Shown here in pieces: positions 1 to 8,905 of a stretch of 64,000 nucleotides of DNA; positions within the stretch are counted from its first letter, which is position 1, and every line of letters begins with the position of its first letter. Source of the DNA: Alphaproteobacteria bacterium (GTDB lineage: Bacteria > Pseudomonadota > Alphaproteobacteria > SMXQ01); the NCBI GenBank assembly GCA_036500145.1, contig DASYCO010000055.1:42515-106514 (forward strand), in the 5' to 3' direction. Made by a program: the position numbers and the translations under genes. The notes under the pieces are model-generated. The model was not told the origin of the DNA, searched no databases, and worked only from the letters and a program-made list of their open reading frames with translations.

Positions 1-611
1 TCTAACAGACTTTGGGCATCCGTTAAGAGATATGGACGCGTTACGAGGGGGCCATGCTTCTCAGTACTCCGTGTTAAAAGTTCGTCCGCGGTTTCACGTT
101 CAATATTTCTATCAAAATCTGCACCAAGATACTTTTCAGTAATTACGGCTGTAATATCGTCTGCCACGCGATCATGAAGCTCATCCGCGGTGGAATAATA
201 GCTAAGAGTAGATCGCGACGACGCGTCATCGATCATAACCTGAAGGCGCTGATCACGACTGTCTGACGAGCGCAATATATAAAAAATGGTATCGATCTTA
301 AGGTCGCGCGCGTATCGAAACTCGTCCTCGAGTCCCGATATATGCATCCCGTTAGCATCGTCGATGTAGCCATAACCGTCGCGATAGAATGCCACCATAA
401 TCTGCGACGCACGCAACTCGGAGAGATACAACTCGCGCGCCGGGTAGGGGCGAGCCCCTACATGTTCAAATAATACTGGTGTGTGCCTTATCTGATTGAT
501 TGCAGCTCGAGCAACCTTGCGCTCATCGCTACATTCTTGCAGCCGCGAACTGACAAAAATCCTTAGCTTGCTTTGAACGGCGTGGCGAGTGATCCCCTTA
601 GACGGCACCAT
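1..611 (-). CDS. DUF4062-like (TIR/flavodoxin-like N-terminal domain) protein, N-terminal about 203 aa only; gene continues beyond window start
   Basis: Minus-strand ORF not in the supplied track because it runs off the left edge. ATG is the reverse complement of 609..611. Translation begins MVPSKGITRHAVQSKLRIFVSSRLQECSDERKVARAAINQIRHTPVLFEHVGARPYPARELYLSELRASQIMVAFYRDGYGYIDDANGMHISGLEDEF..., which fits the DUF4062 pattern (FxSS..(D/E)L..ER........I..........FE.......E.Y...L..CD.(F/Y)). It overlaps the stop of the upstream gene by 14 nt, consistent with coupling. Confidence 0.5.
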   Translation of the reverse strand, partial: MVPSKGITRHAVQSKLRIFVSSRLQECSDERKVARAAINQIRHTPVLFEHVGARPYPARELYLSELRASQIMVAFYRDGYGYIDDANGMHISGLEDEFRYARDLKIDTIFYILRSSDSRDQRLQVMIDDASSRSTLSYYSTADELHDRVADDITAVITEKYLGADFDRNIERETADELLTRSTEKHGPLVTRPYLLTDAQSLL

Positions 612-1716
612 AACCTCGACGATCGTAGAAGGCCTGAAGTGAGCTGAATTTTTTGAATTGGTGAAGATCGGCGCCGTCACGCGTTACCAATTCAGTAATA
701 TCGGCCCTGATTTGAGTGCAGGTGGCATCTAAGGAAGGTAGCGACGGTATTGATTTGCCATCGGCATACTCAACGCGATCCTCAATATGCTTCCAGATCG
801 TGTCGCGATACTTTTCATCTAAGGTTGCGTAATGCGGCGTGCCGTCACAAAGCTCCACACTAAGCATAAGATTTATCGCCGCCTGCTCAATCTGGCTACG
901 GCCGACAGTTTTGAAACCGGGGATTGCTTGTATAGAATCGACAAGGAGAGCCCGTCTAATGCGTTCGCGTGTGACGGGAAAAGCGGTGTCGATCGTCCGT
1001 CGCCTAGCGGCTGCATACTCGCGCGGTGACGGTTTTGGAGAAGCCGGACCGGCACCACCTGGCGGTCGTGTACGTTTTGCACGCGGATCGACCAACCAAT
1101 GATTGGGATCTTCTTCTTCTGTTCGTATTTTGATGTTGAATTTGATTATCGACGGAAGCCCTTCGATCCGCCCAATATTTTCTGGAATAAGTGGCGCACC
1201 TTTTGCGGGAAGTGTTGCAGCGCTGAGCACGACTGGTCCCAGTCCCGAATCACAATGTGACTTAAGCTGATGGAGGAAGGAATTTGTTGTGTCGTACTCT
1301 TTAATCCAAAACTGGCTAAGAAAAAGAGGCCGGGTTAATTGATGAGGGCCGAGCCGAAATATTGCTCGATCCGCCTCGGGTGAAATAACAAGAAAATATT
1401 TTCCATCTTTCTTAAGCAGAATTTGTAGATCGACAACCTCTCCGTCGGCTTCACAGCCCCATTTCTCGAAACTTTTGAATGCCGCGCGCATGGGTTCAGC
1501 GTTACGACAGACTAAACTTAGCCAGGGTACCGCACCTGGGTAGCCAGTAAGTCCGCCTAAAGCATAAGCGCAGCCGACAACCTCCGCCTTATGTAAGGCG
1601 GAGGCGAAACTGACGTCTGGTAAAAGGATTACGCCCTGTTGATCTCCGAGATCAAAGCCCCGGTTTTTATTCGTTCGATCTTTAGGAGTAACGCGGTGTT
1701 TGTTCTTTTTCCCCAA
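598..1716 (-). CDS. hypothetical protein (372 aa), no recognisable domain; upstream partner of the DUF4062 gene
   Basis: Single long ORF in a roughly 50% GC region. Its stop (598..600) overlaps the start (611) of the downstream DUF4062 ORF. No motif I can assign. Confidence 0.5.
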   Translation of the reverse strand: MGKKNKHRVTPKDRTNKNRGFDLGDQQGVILLPDVSFASALHKAEVVGCAYALGGLTGYPGAVPWLSLVCRNAEPMRAAFKSFEKWGCEADGEVVDLQILLKKDGKYFLVISPEADRAIFRLGPHQLTRPLFLSQFWIKEYDTTNSFLHQLKSHCDSGLGPVVLSAATLPAKGAPLIPENIGRIEGLPSIIKFNIKIRTEEEDPNHWLVDPRAKRTRPPGGAGPASPKPSPREYAAARRRTIDTAFPVTRERIRRALLVDSIQAIPGFKTVGRSQIEQAAINLMLSVELCDGTPHYATLDEKYRDTIWKHIEDRVEYADGKSIPSLPSLDATCTQIRADITELVTRDGADLHQFKKFSSLQAFYDRRGYGAV

Positions 1717-1737
1717 TGTCGCTCCCCCGTAACTGTC

Positions 1738-2242
1738 TTAAAGCAATTCTCCAGCCACGTTTTCCACGAACAATTCCCCATCGCGAATATAGCGCTGGAG
1801 CATGGCGTCAGATCTGTGTCCAGTTTGCGCACGAATTTTTGCATACGAGACACCAGCGGCGGCGGCACTAGTAACTAAACCTGCGCGGAGAGAATGCCCC
1901 GAATACGTCTTGCTGTCATAGCCTAGGGCCTGCACCCGTCTTTTAACAATACTGTTAACGGCATTTGCAGATAGTCGTGCATTCATTACAGCACCGTATC
2001 GGTTTACCGCCCGAAATTGGACCAGTCGCTATCCCGGCAGTTGAAAGCCAAGCGTAAAGCGCAGTTACGGGACAAGCTGACGATCTGCCGTATGGTATTC
2101 CTATCGATCTGCCGCGCCCTTCTTGGTCTGTTTTGCTTCGGCGCAGTTTGATAATTATGCCCTGCCTTACATTTTCGACATCATCGATATTCAATCCGAC
2201 GAGTTCGCTTCGCCGGAAAGCGCCAGAAAATCCTATCAACAA
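1738..2242 (-). pseudogene. int: tyrosine recombinase / phage-type integrase remnant (C-terminal catalytic domain only, split by a frameshift)
   Basis: Two overlapping minus-strand ORFs, 1955..2242 and 1738..1986. Together they carry integrase catalytic motifs: an R...ELxxL box, HSLRAG (the HxxR motif), and a C-terminal RYIRDGE containing the catalytic Tyr. There is no room for an N-terminal domain, since an upstream stop and the tRNA fragment and res gene follow within about 500 nt. Confidence 0.7.
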
Positions 2243-2566
2243 GACGGCTCGATCTCTAATCGCGAGCGGACTACTGCCGATTTCGTTAGATATTCGATTT
2301 GGGCGGGGTCCTCCAAATTAACCACATCCACATCGCAACCTGCGCTGCTGGCGAGGCCTCAAAGACGCTAGCCGCACTGAAAGCCAGCCCCGCAACACGT
2401 CTGGCGAAAGGCTCCAATTATCAGCAGTTGATGCTGATCCAAGTGTAGTTTGCAATTTCCATATGGCCGAATTATGCGGTCGAGGACTCAGTTAAAACTA
2501 ACAATATATTGATACCCGTCTCGGCAGATCCGAGATGTCTAGGAGCAAAAAACTATTCGCCTGCTT

Positions 2567-2612
2567 TTTCGTAATCAGTAGGTCCGCGGTTCAATTCCGC
2601 AAGCCGACACCA
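2567..2612 (+). repeat. 3' fragment of tRNA-Thr (anticodon loop through CCA); att-site remnant
   Basis: The sequence ttcgtaatcagtaggtccgcggttcaattccgcaagccgacacca matches the 3' 46 nt of the intact tRNA-Thr(CGT) at 55991..56065 with 2 mismatches. No 5' half (no acceptor-complement) is found upstream, so it is not a complete tRNA gene. Confidence 0.7.
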
Positions 2613-2748
2613 TCCTCCCCACGAAAATATCTAGGTTTTTCGACCAGAGCGTTTATCCACCTGAGGGTTCTTGACCCCTTTAACGAAATTGGTGGACGCA
2701 TAGCGTGCAAAAATATGTGCCGCAAATCCACCCTTCAGGTCAGCGGGC

Positions 2749-5433
2749 CTACGAATACTGCTTGAGCAGGAATTCCAGAGTCATGTTCTCGACAATCGTG
2801 TCGTGCGGGATAAGAGCATATTGCCAAGGTTTACCCCCGTATGATCGCGCGTGTTCGCTTGCCCAGGTGCACCATTGCAAAGCCACCTCGCGTTTCGCCA
2901 GCACGTCCTTGTCCTGCATCTGGGTCGCCATCTTCGGCTCCAGCATCAGGATTTTGTCTTCGGTCTCGGCGACGAAATCCGGTTGATACTCCGCATGGTC
3001 GTTGCCGTTACGATAGAACATCTGAAACTGCCCCTTCGCAGGCCGCAGCCATTTTTGCGCTTCACGCTCCAAGATCACTGCGAGTTTTCGTTCCGAGTCA
3101 GAATGAAATTTCGTCACGTTTGAAAGGCACTTGGAGAAGCCCCCAAACAAGTATCGAGCCATATTGCTCTTGTCCGCAGGCGGCACGCGATAATCCAGCG
3201 GCGCTTCTCGCAGAGCGGTGTAGGCGCTCTCCTTAAGTTCGGTGAATCCTTGCCGAACCTCATGATGATATTCGACCGCCTCATCCTTCCAGAAGTGGGC
3301 CTGCATCTGGGCATGAACAGCGCGGGCGATTTCGCGTTGATGCAGAGCGAGAACCTGGCTCGCCTCCTGTTCGGAGAGATAGCCCAACAGGTGTCGAACC
3401 ACCTGACCCGCCAGCTCGTAGAGCTGATCTGCGTGCTCGTCATAGGCGATGTCGGAGAAATCAATCAAGCCGCTAACGACATAGTCCTCAAGGTGTTCTT
3501 CAAGAAAGTTTCCTGGCGACAAGCCGATAATATCGACTTGGTCAGTCCGCAAATGCTTCGCCCAAAGTTCCTCGCTCGGCGCTGGGTAACGCACGCCCGA
3601 CAGATCAAGCGTGAAGGGCTTGAAGCCCGCCTTGACCTCTCCCTTAGGCATCACCGTGATGCGGGGAATATCAATCGTGCGCTCGACCATTAGTTTTGCG
3701 GTTGCTGCAATAACAGCCGCCATATCCGGTGCTGGCCTCGCCACGCCCTCAAGTTCCATCTGCTCGGGCTCGGGCTGGTACTGCTTCTGCACCTCACGGA
3801 CGACCTGTGCCTGCACTTCGGGCCGCGACAGATAGGAGACGCTCGGAACTTTGTCTGGTTCGCGCGCAAGTTTACGGAACGCATCATACGCCAGCCGCGC
3901 AACGCGCATCTCGTCGGGATCAGAAAATGCGGGCGTCGGGGAGGGACCAGAAGCCGTTGCGCTGTCTGCTCCTGGCGCGGACTGCAAACCGAGACTGCCC
4001 AGGATTGTTGGCGACGACACGACCGTCACCGTTTTACGCTCTAGATCGGCCTCTTCGAGTACCAGTTGCTTCAAGCGGACGGGAGAGTTGGGATTGTTGG
4101 CTTCGTCCACAATTTCCTGGAATCGGTCATGCGCAACAATATTGAGCCTGTCCACGGCGGTAACGCCCGTGCGTCTTCCGTAGGGCAGACGAAGGCCGCG
4201 CCCGATGCTCTGCTCGATAAGCGTTCGCGCATTGGCTGCGCGCAATGGGATGATCGTATAGAGGTTGGTGACGTCCCAACCTTCTTTGAGCATGTTGACG
4301 TGGATGACGATCTCGACCGGATTGTCGTTCTGTTCAACGGTCAACAGTTTCTCGATCGTCTCTTCTTCTTTCACGCTTGAATCGACCTGGATGACCTTAT
4401 CCGCGTAGCGAGCCTTGAAGAACGCCTCAGACTGAATCAAAGCCATCAACTCGGCTGCGTGGGTCGTGTCACGAGCGATCACGAGCACAAACGGCTTGAC
4501 GATGCGCACACCGTTTTCGCGGGCATATGTTTCCAAATCGACCTTCACGCTCTCATGAAGGCGAATGCCGTCTTCAAGCTTCAGAGTCTGGATTGCTTCT
4601 GGCGAGTTGCCCGCCGGATTGAAATCCCTCCGCGTGACGACAGCAGGCTCCTTGACGAAGGCATCCTCCATCGCTCGGGCGAGAGGGTAGTCGTAGATGA
4701 CATTACGAAACGCGACAGGACCGCGCGGGCTCTCGACGAACGGAGTTGCTGTCAGCTCAAGGCCGAGTATCGGCTTCAATTCGTTGATCGCCCGCATCCC
4801 TGCGGTTGCCCGATAGCGGTGCGACTCGTCCATCAGCAAAACGAGGTCCGGCAGGCTTGCCAGATAGTCGAAATAGCTCTCACCGATCTCTTCACGGAAG
4901 GAACGGATACGCGGCGAGCGCCCGCCGCGAACCTCGGACGAAATCTTGGCGATGTTAAAAATGTTGATCGTGGTGGGGAAAAGCGAACCACCTGATGCGA
5001 TCTGTCTCTCATAGGTTTCACCCGTCGTCAGAACGGGCGGCGAAATGGCAAATTCCGAAATTCCCTTGAACACATATTTCGGTGTGTTTGGCCTGAAGTC
5101 GGCAATCAGCTTGTTGTAGATGGTGAGGTTCGGAGCTAGCACGAAGAAATTGTCGATACCGTGCGCGACCTTCAAGTAGGTGATGAAAGCGCCCATCAAC
5201 CGCGTCTTTCCAACACCCGTTGCCAACGCGAAGCAAAGCGAGGGAAATTCGCGCTCAAAGTCCGCGACGCCTGGAAATTCACTTCGGATCACTTCCAGCG
5301 CTGAGGCCAAGTCCACAGATTTATTCGGCGGCGCAATTTCTGTGACGCGGTGGAGAATTTCGAGGCTACGACGCTGCGGCTGGCGCAAGCTCAAGCGACC
5401 CGAGATTGCGTTGACGTGACGAAGGGTGCTCAT
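2749..5433 (-). CDS. res: Type III restriction enzyme Res subunit (SF2 helicase-endonuclease), 894 aa
   Basis: Helicase motif I ATGVGKT, motif II LMDESH (DExH), TATP, and motif VI QSIGRGLR, in a ResIII-type N-terminal arrangement. It sits immediately downstream of a beta-class adenine MTase with a 4-nt ATGA overlap. Confidence 0.85.
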   Translation of the reverse strand: MSTLRHVNAISGRLSLRQPQRRSLEILHRVTEIAPPNKSVDLASALEVIRSEFPGVADFEREFPSLCFALATGVGKTRLMGAFITYLKVAHGIDNFFVLAPNLTIYNKLIADFRPNTPKYVFKGISEFAISPPVLTTGETYERQIASGGSLFPTTINIFNIAKISSEVRGGRSPRIRSFREEIGESYFDYLASLPDLVLLMDESHRYRATAGMRAINELKPILGLELTATPFVESPRGPVAFRNVIYDYPLARAMEDAFVKEPAVVTRRDFNPAGNSPEAIQTLKLEDGIRLHESVKVDLETYARENGVRIVKPFVLVIARDTTHAAELMALIQSEAFFKARYADKVIQVDSSVKEEETIEKLLTVEQNDNPVEIVIHVNMLKEGWDVTNLYTIIPLRAANARTLIEQSIGRGLRLPYGRRTGVTAVDRLNIVAHDRFQEIVDEANNPNSPVRLKQLVLEEADLERKTVTVVSSPTILGSLGLQSAPGADSATASGPSPTPAFSDPDEMRVARLAYDAFRKLAREPDKVPSVSYLSRPEVQAQVVREVQKQYQPEPEQMELEGVARPAPDMAAVIAATAKLMVERTIDIPRITVMPKGEVKAGFKPFTLDLSGVRYPAPSEELWAKHLRTDQVDIIGLSPGNFLEEHLEDYVVSGLIDFSDIAYDEHADQLYELAGQVVRHLLGYLSEQEASQVLALHQREIARAVHAQMQAHFWKDEAVEYHHEVRQGFTELKESAYTALREAPLDYRVPPADKSNMARYLFGGFSKCLSNVTKFHSDSERKLAVILEREAQKWLRPAKGQFQMFYRNGNDHAEYQPDFVAETEDKILMLEPKMATQMQDKDVLAKREVALQWCTWASEHARSYGGKPWQYALIPHDTIVENMTLEFLLKQYS

Positions 5434-7064
5434 GATGCATCGCCTTCATCAAAGAGGTTCGATTGAGATGCCTTTGGAGTCTTCGCCACATGCGGCAGAT
5501 TAGCGACGTTGAGGCTGTAGTCATCATGACCCCATTCGCAGCGAGTGCGAATGTGATTTGGAATTTTGCGAACTGTAATGTTCGACCACAGGTCGGCATT
5601 GCCTCGGTAAGCAGCGCACAGAATCAGCAAGGAGCGTCCTTCTCCAACTTCCTCGCTGAGCGCAGCTAACTCCTGCGGCCCCAAGGTCTGAGTAGTGACG
5701 TAGAAGAAATCGCTCTCGGACGAATGCCCCTGCTGCCAGTACACGCTTTCGCTTGGCGCATAGGTAAAGCCCTCCAGTTTGCACAAAGCCTGCGCTAGCA
5801 TGGCGGGGTTATACTTCTTCGAGATAACCTCACGGCCCCACTTGTCCTTTTCGAGGAGCGACGTTGCAAGCTCATAGTACCGGAATCCACCTCCGCCTTT
5901 CCAATCGACCAACTTGCTAACGCCACCTTCGTCGGCTCCGTCGATTACCTTTCGAAGGCGCGGAACGATATGTGTGGTGCAGTGTTCGCCAAGTTCTACC
6001 ATCACCCAACGACGGCCCATCTTATGAGCCACCGCTCCTGTAGTGCCAGATCCAGCAAATGAATCGAGCACGGTGTCACCAGGCAGCGTCGCCACCTCTA
6101 AAACACGCTGGATGATCTTCTCAGGCTTCGGCGTATCGAAGGTCTTCTCCCCTTGGAAAATTCCCTTCATTTCGGCGCTGGCATTTCGGGTGCTGCCCGC
6201 AAATTCATACGGCCACCAAGTCTGGGGAACAACGCCGTCTTTGACCTCACTTAAAAACTTCTTTTCGACGGGAAACTCTGCGTTCCCATCTTTGCCCCAG
6301 TAGATTCGCTTCTCCGCTTTCAACTTCTTCAACTCGTCCGGCGGCCTTCGCCACGAACTTCCTTTCGGCGGCCACACCTCGCGGCCAGCGTTATTGATCA
6401 AGGCGTAGTTGTCTCTCTCGCGAAATTCGGCTCGTGTGAGCGGGGTGCCCAACCAAGGCCCACGACTGTCACCATCAAGATTTTTGTAATTGGCGATCTG
6501 CTTTTCACTTCGTGGAATTAGATACGGCCTCCATGACTCGGATTTCTTGAACACGAGAACCATGTTGTGAGTTTGCGCGATCGTCGATGCATTATTTCCT
6601 GGTGTATCCTTCGACTGCCAAACGATATTTGCGACGAAGTTCGATCGTCCGAATATCTCGTCGCACAAAACCTTCAGATAGTGCGCCTCGTTGTCGTCGA
6701 TCGTGATCCACAGCGATCCGTCATCAGACAAAAGTCGGCGCATAATCTCTAATCTGTCGCGCATCAAACCGAGCCAAATTGAATGCTCTAGGCCATCGTC
6801 ATAGTGAGCAAATGCGCTGCCTGTGTTGTAAGGTGGGTCGATCAAGACGCACTTCACCTTGCCTGCGTAGTCGGCCTCTAGCGCTTTGAGCGCCAGCAGA
6901 TTGTCACCGTGGATTAGAACATTGTCGAAGATGTCGTCTTCGCCCCGACAAGCGGTGGAATGGTAGCTCTTCTCGGCATCCTCAATGAGAATACGAGGCT
7001 CCAAGCTCGGCCTGTTTTCTTTCCCGACCCATGTCAATTCGAGTTTTTGCTTCTTAGCCATCAT
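5430..7064 (-). CDS. mod: Type III restriction-modification Mod subunit (N6-adenine DNA methyltransferase, beta class), 544 aa
   Basis: Motif IV IDPPYNT lies N-terminal and motif I DSFAGSGTTG lies C-terminal, the beta-class order typical of Type III Mod. Coupled to res through the ATGA overlap. Confidence 0.85.
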   Translation of the reverse strand: MMAKKQKLELTWVGKENRPSLEPRILIEDAEKSYHSTACRGEDDIFDNVLIHGDNLLALKALEADYAGKVKCVLIDPPYNTGSAFAHYDDGLEHSIWLGLMRDRLEIMRRLLSDDGSLWITIDDNEAHYLKVLCDEIFGRSNFVANIVWQSKDTPGNNASTIAQTHNMVLVFKKSESWRPYLIPRSEKQIANYKNLDGDSRGPWLGTPLTRAEFRERDNYALINNAGREVWPPKGSSWRRPPDELKKLKAEKRIYWGKDGNAEFPVEKKFLSEVKDGVVPQTWWPYEFAGSTRNASAEMKGIFQGEKTFDTPKPEKIIQRVLEVATLPGDTVLDSFAGSGTTGAVAHKMGRRWVMVELGEHCTTHIVPRLRKVIDGADEGGVSKLVDWKGGGGFRYYELATSLLEKDKWGREVISKKYNPAMLAQALCKLEGFTYAPSESVYWQQGHSSESDFFYVTTQTLGPQELAALSEEVGEGRSLLILCAAYRGNADLWSNITVRKIPNHIRTRCEWGHDDYSLNVANLPHVAKTPKASQSNLFDEGDAS

Positions 7065-8905
7065 TGTCCTGCTGCGCTGCCTGCTTGGGCCTGCGTCGTG
7101 TTAGGTGTTGTCCAAATTTCTGCCTTCAGCGCGTCCAGCAGAATCTTGCAGTCGCCTTGCGTTTTGAAAACGGATTGAAAGTCGCGGGGAGAGCGCAAGG
7201 TCTGCACGCCTCCAGGTGCGACTTCATAGCTGGCGAAGCCTTTTGCCACGCTGATAGCGAGCAGTTTTTCGGCATAGTCCGTCACCGCTGCGGCAAGCGC
7301 CGCCTTCTCTTCAGCGGACAGGGTGAGAGCCTCTCCTTCTTCAGGCTTCAATCGGTTGAAGATGGCAGCGAGAACCACCCAACGCGCATTGCCGAAGAAC
7401 GATTTACTGGCGCCCATGCTCGCCCGTGCGGTGTCCTGAATGACTTGAAGCACAATTCGTTGCGATTGAACTGCGCGCCACACCGAACGCGCCGACAGAT
7501 TTGGCGGAAAAACATGTTCGTGACGGCTCCGAAGCAATTCCTCGGCTGGAAACACCATCTCTAGTGAGCGAAGTGAATCCCGATTGGCCGCCACGCGAGT
7601 GACGAGATCACAGTCATTCGTGTTTTTCAAACAGGCGCAGGCTGTCAGCGCCTCTTCCATGTTAAAGTTGTCTTGGTCGTTGTCTGGCGTATCTTCGTCG
7701 ATCTTGTAGTGATAGTCGACCTTATGCGGCTGAAGCGTGCGAAAGACCTGTTCGTGAAATTCATAGGCTCCGGCGAAGTCTTTTAATCCGACATGGTTTT
7801 GAAAATTCGCCGTTCGCGAAATGCGGTCGGCGAACACTCTGTCATCCTCGCACTTCTCAAGTGAAATAATTTTTATGAATGCAAAGCCAGTTGGCTTCGC
7901 GTCCGCCTTCGCTCCGTCGAAACATTTGACGATGGAGCCAAGAGTCTGTGCGCCGTTGATGATGGCAAAACCCTTCGCGGTAATCCGCTTTTTCTCTGCG
8001 TTGGTCCGATCTAGGTTGTTCAACTCCAAGCGGTCACAGTAGGCCGTAAGGCCATTGTTGAGATAGAAGAACAGGTCAGCTTCTTCGCTGATCGTCTTTT
8101 GAATCTCCTCATTGACGTCAGTGCGTCCCTTAAACCCTCGAAGATTTGCCGCCACTAATCGCTTCCCATGCGCGCGATGGAGGGCGTCGAGTCTCTCCAA
8201 GGAGACGAGCCCGTAGATCGTCTCGTGTGGCTTCGTGATCAAACCGGGGCAGATAATTTCAAGATCGACCGTATCGACACCGAGCGCTTCGCCGCCACCC
8301 GTGACCCAGTCGTTCAACGTGGTGAGATTGATTGAATGAAACTGAAAAAAGTCATCATCCGCGTCCTTTGAGACTTTCTTCTTGAGAGCCTCAAACAGCC
8401 GCTTCCGATCCTCGGAAATCAACGCCAAACCGGAGTAGCACAGGACCGCGCGAACACGAGTCGAGGCATTTTTCAGATGCGTCTCGATCTGTGGCAAGAT
8501 TTTCACCCAATGAGGGTTCGCCGCGAACGCCTTAAAGTTTCCCGCGAGCAAGTATTCCACGCCCGCGTTGAACTTGGTTACGTCACCCAAGTCCGGTTCG
8601 GTCAGCCCCGCATGAATGTACTTGGCTTGGACAAGCCACAACGTGTTAGTCGCGGGAGAAAAATAGACCCCGTCAATTCCGCCATCTCCCCCGCCGTCAA
8701 CCACAGAAATGGCCGCATCCGCGATCGATGCTCCGCCAAGCCTGTGTGCTGTAAACGCGGAGAGGGCGCGACTGAGGAAGTCACGCTCAAGCTGCTCGGC
8801 GTCCCCATTGGTCTTCTGCGGAACGTGCCCGTCGAACAAGGCGTGCAGTTTTGGTGGCAGGGCCAGTATTTCGACGGGACGATCCGGCATTACGCAATGT
8901 TCCAT
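7061..8905 (-). CDS. AIPR-family (abortive infection phage resistance) protein, 614 aa; alternative start at 8890
   Basis: GGGDGGIDGVYF and IINGAQT motifs, size about 600 aa, embedded in an RM operon. All of this is as I recall for Pfam AIPR, a family described as frequently found in RM operons. Its stop and the mod start form an ATGA overlap. Confidence 0.6.
   Translation of the reverse strand: MEHCVMPDRPVEILALPPKLHALFDGHVPQKTNGDAEQLERDFLSRALSAFTAHRLGGASIADAAISVVDGGGDGGIDGVYFSPATNTLWLVQAKYIHAGLTEPDLGDVTKFNAGVEYLLAGNFKAFAANPHWVKILPQIETHLKNASTRVRAVLCYSGLALISEDRKRLFEALKKKVSKDADDDFFQFHSINLTTLNDWVTGGGEALGVDTVDLEIICPGLITKPHETIYGLVSLERLDALHRAHGKRLVAANLRGFKGRTDVNEEIQKTISEEADLFFYLNNGLTAYCDRLELNNLDRTNAEKKRITAKGFAIINGAQTLGSIVKCFDGAKADAKPTGFAFIKIISLEKCEDDRVFADRISRTANFQNHVGLKDFAGAYEFHEQVFRTLQPHKVDYHYKIDEDTPDNDQDNFNMEEALTACACLKNTNDCDLVTRVAANRDSLRSLEMVFPAEELLRSRHEHVFPPNLSARSVWRAVQSQRIVLQVIQDTARASMGASKSFFGNARWVVLAAIFNRLKPEEGEALTLSAEEKAALAAAVTDYAEKLLAISVAKGFASYEVAPGGVQTLRSPRDFQSVFKTQGDCKILLDALKAEIWTTPNTTQAQAGSAAGQ

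Noticed and set aside
2535-2765. 76-aa plus ORF covering the tRNA-Thr fragment
   Set aside because: Reads straight through an RNA-gene remnant, with no coding signal.
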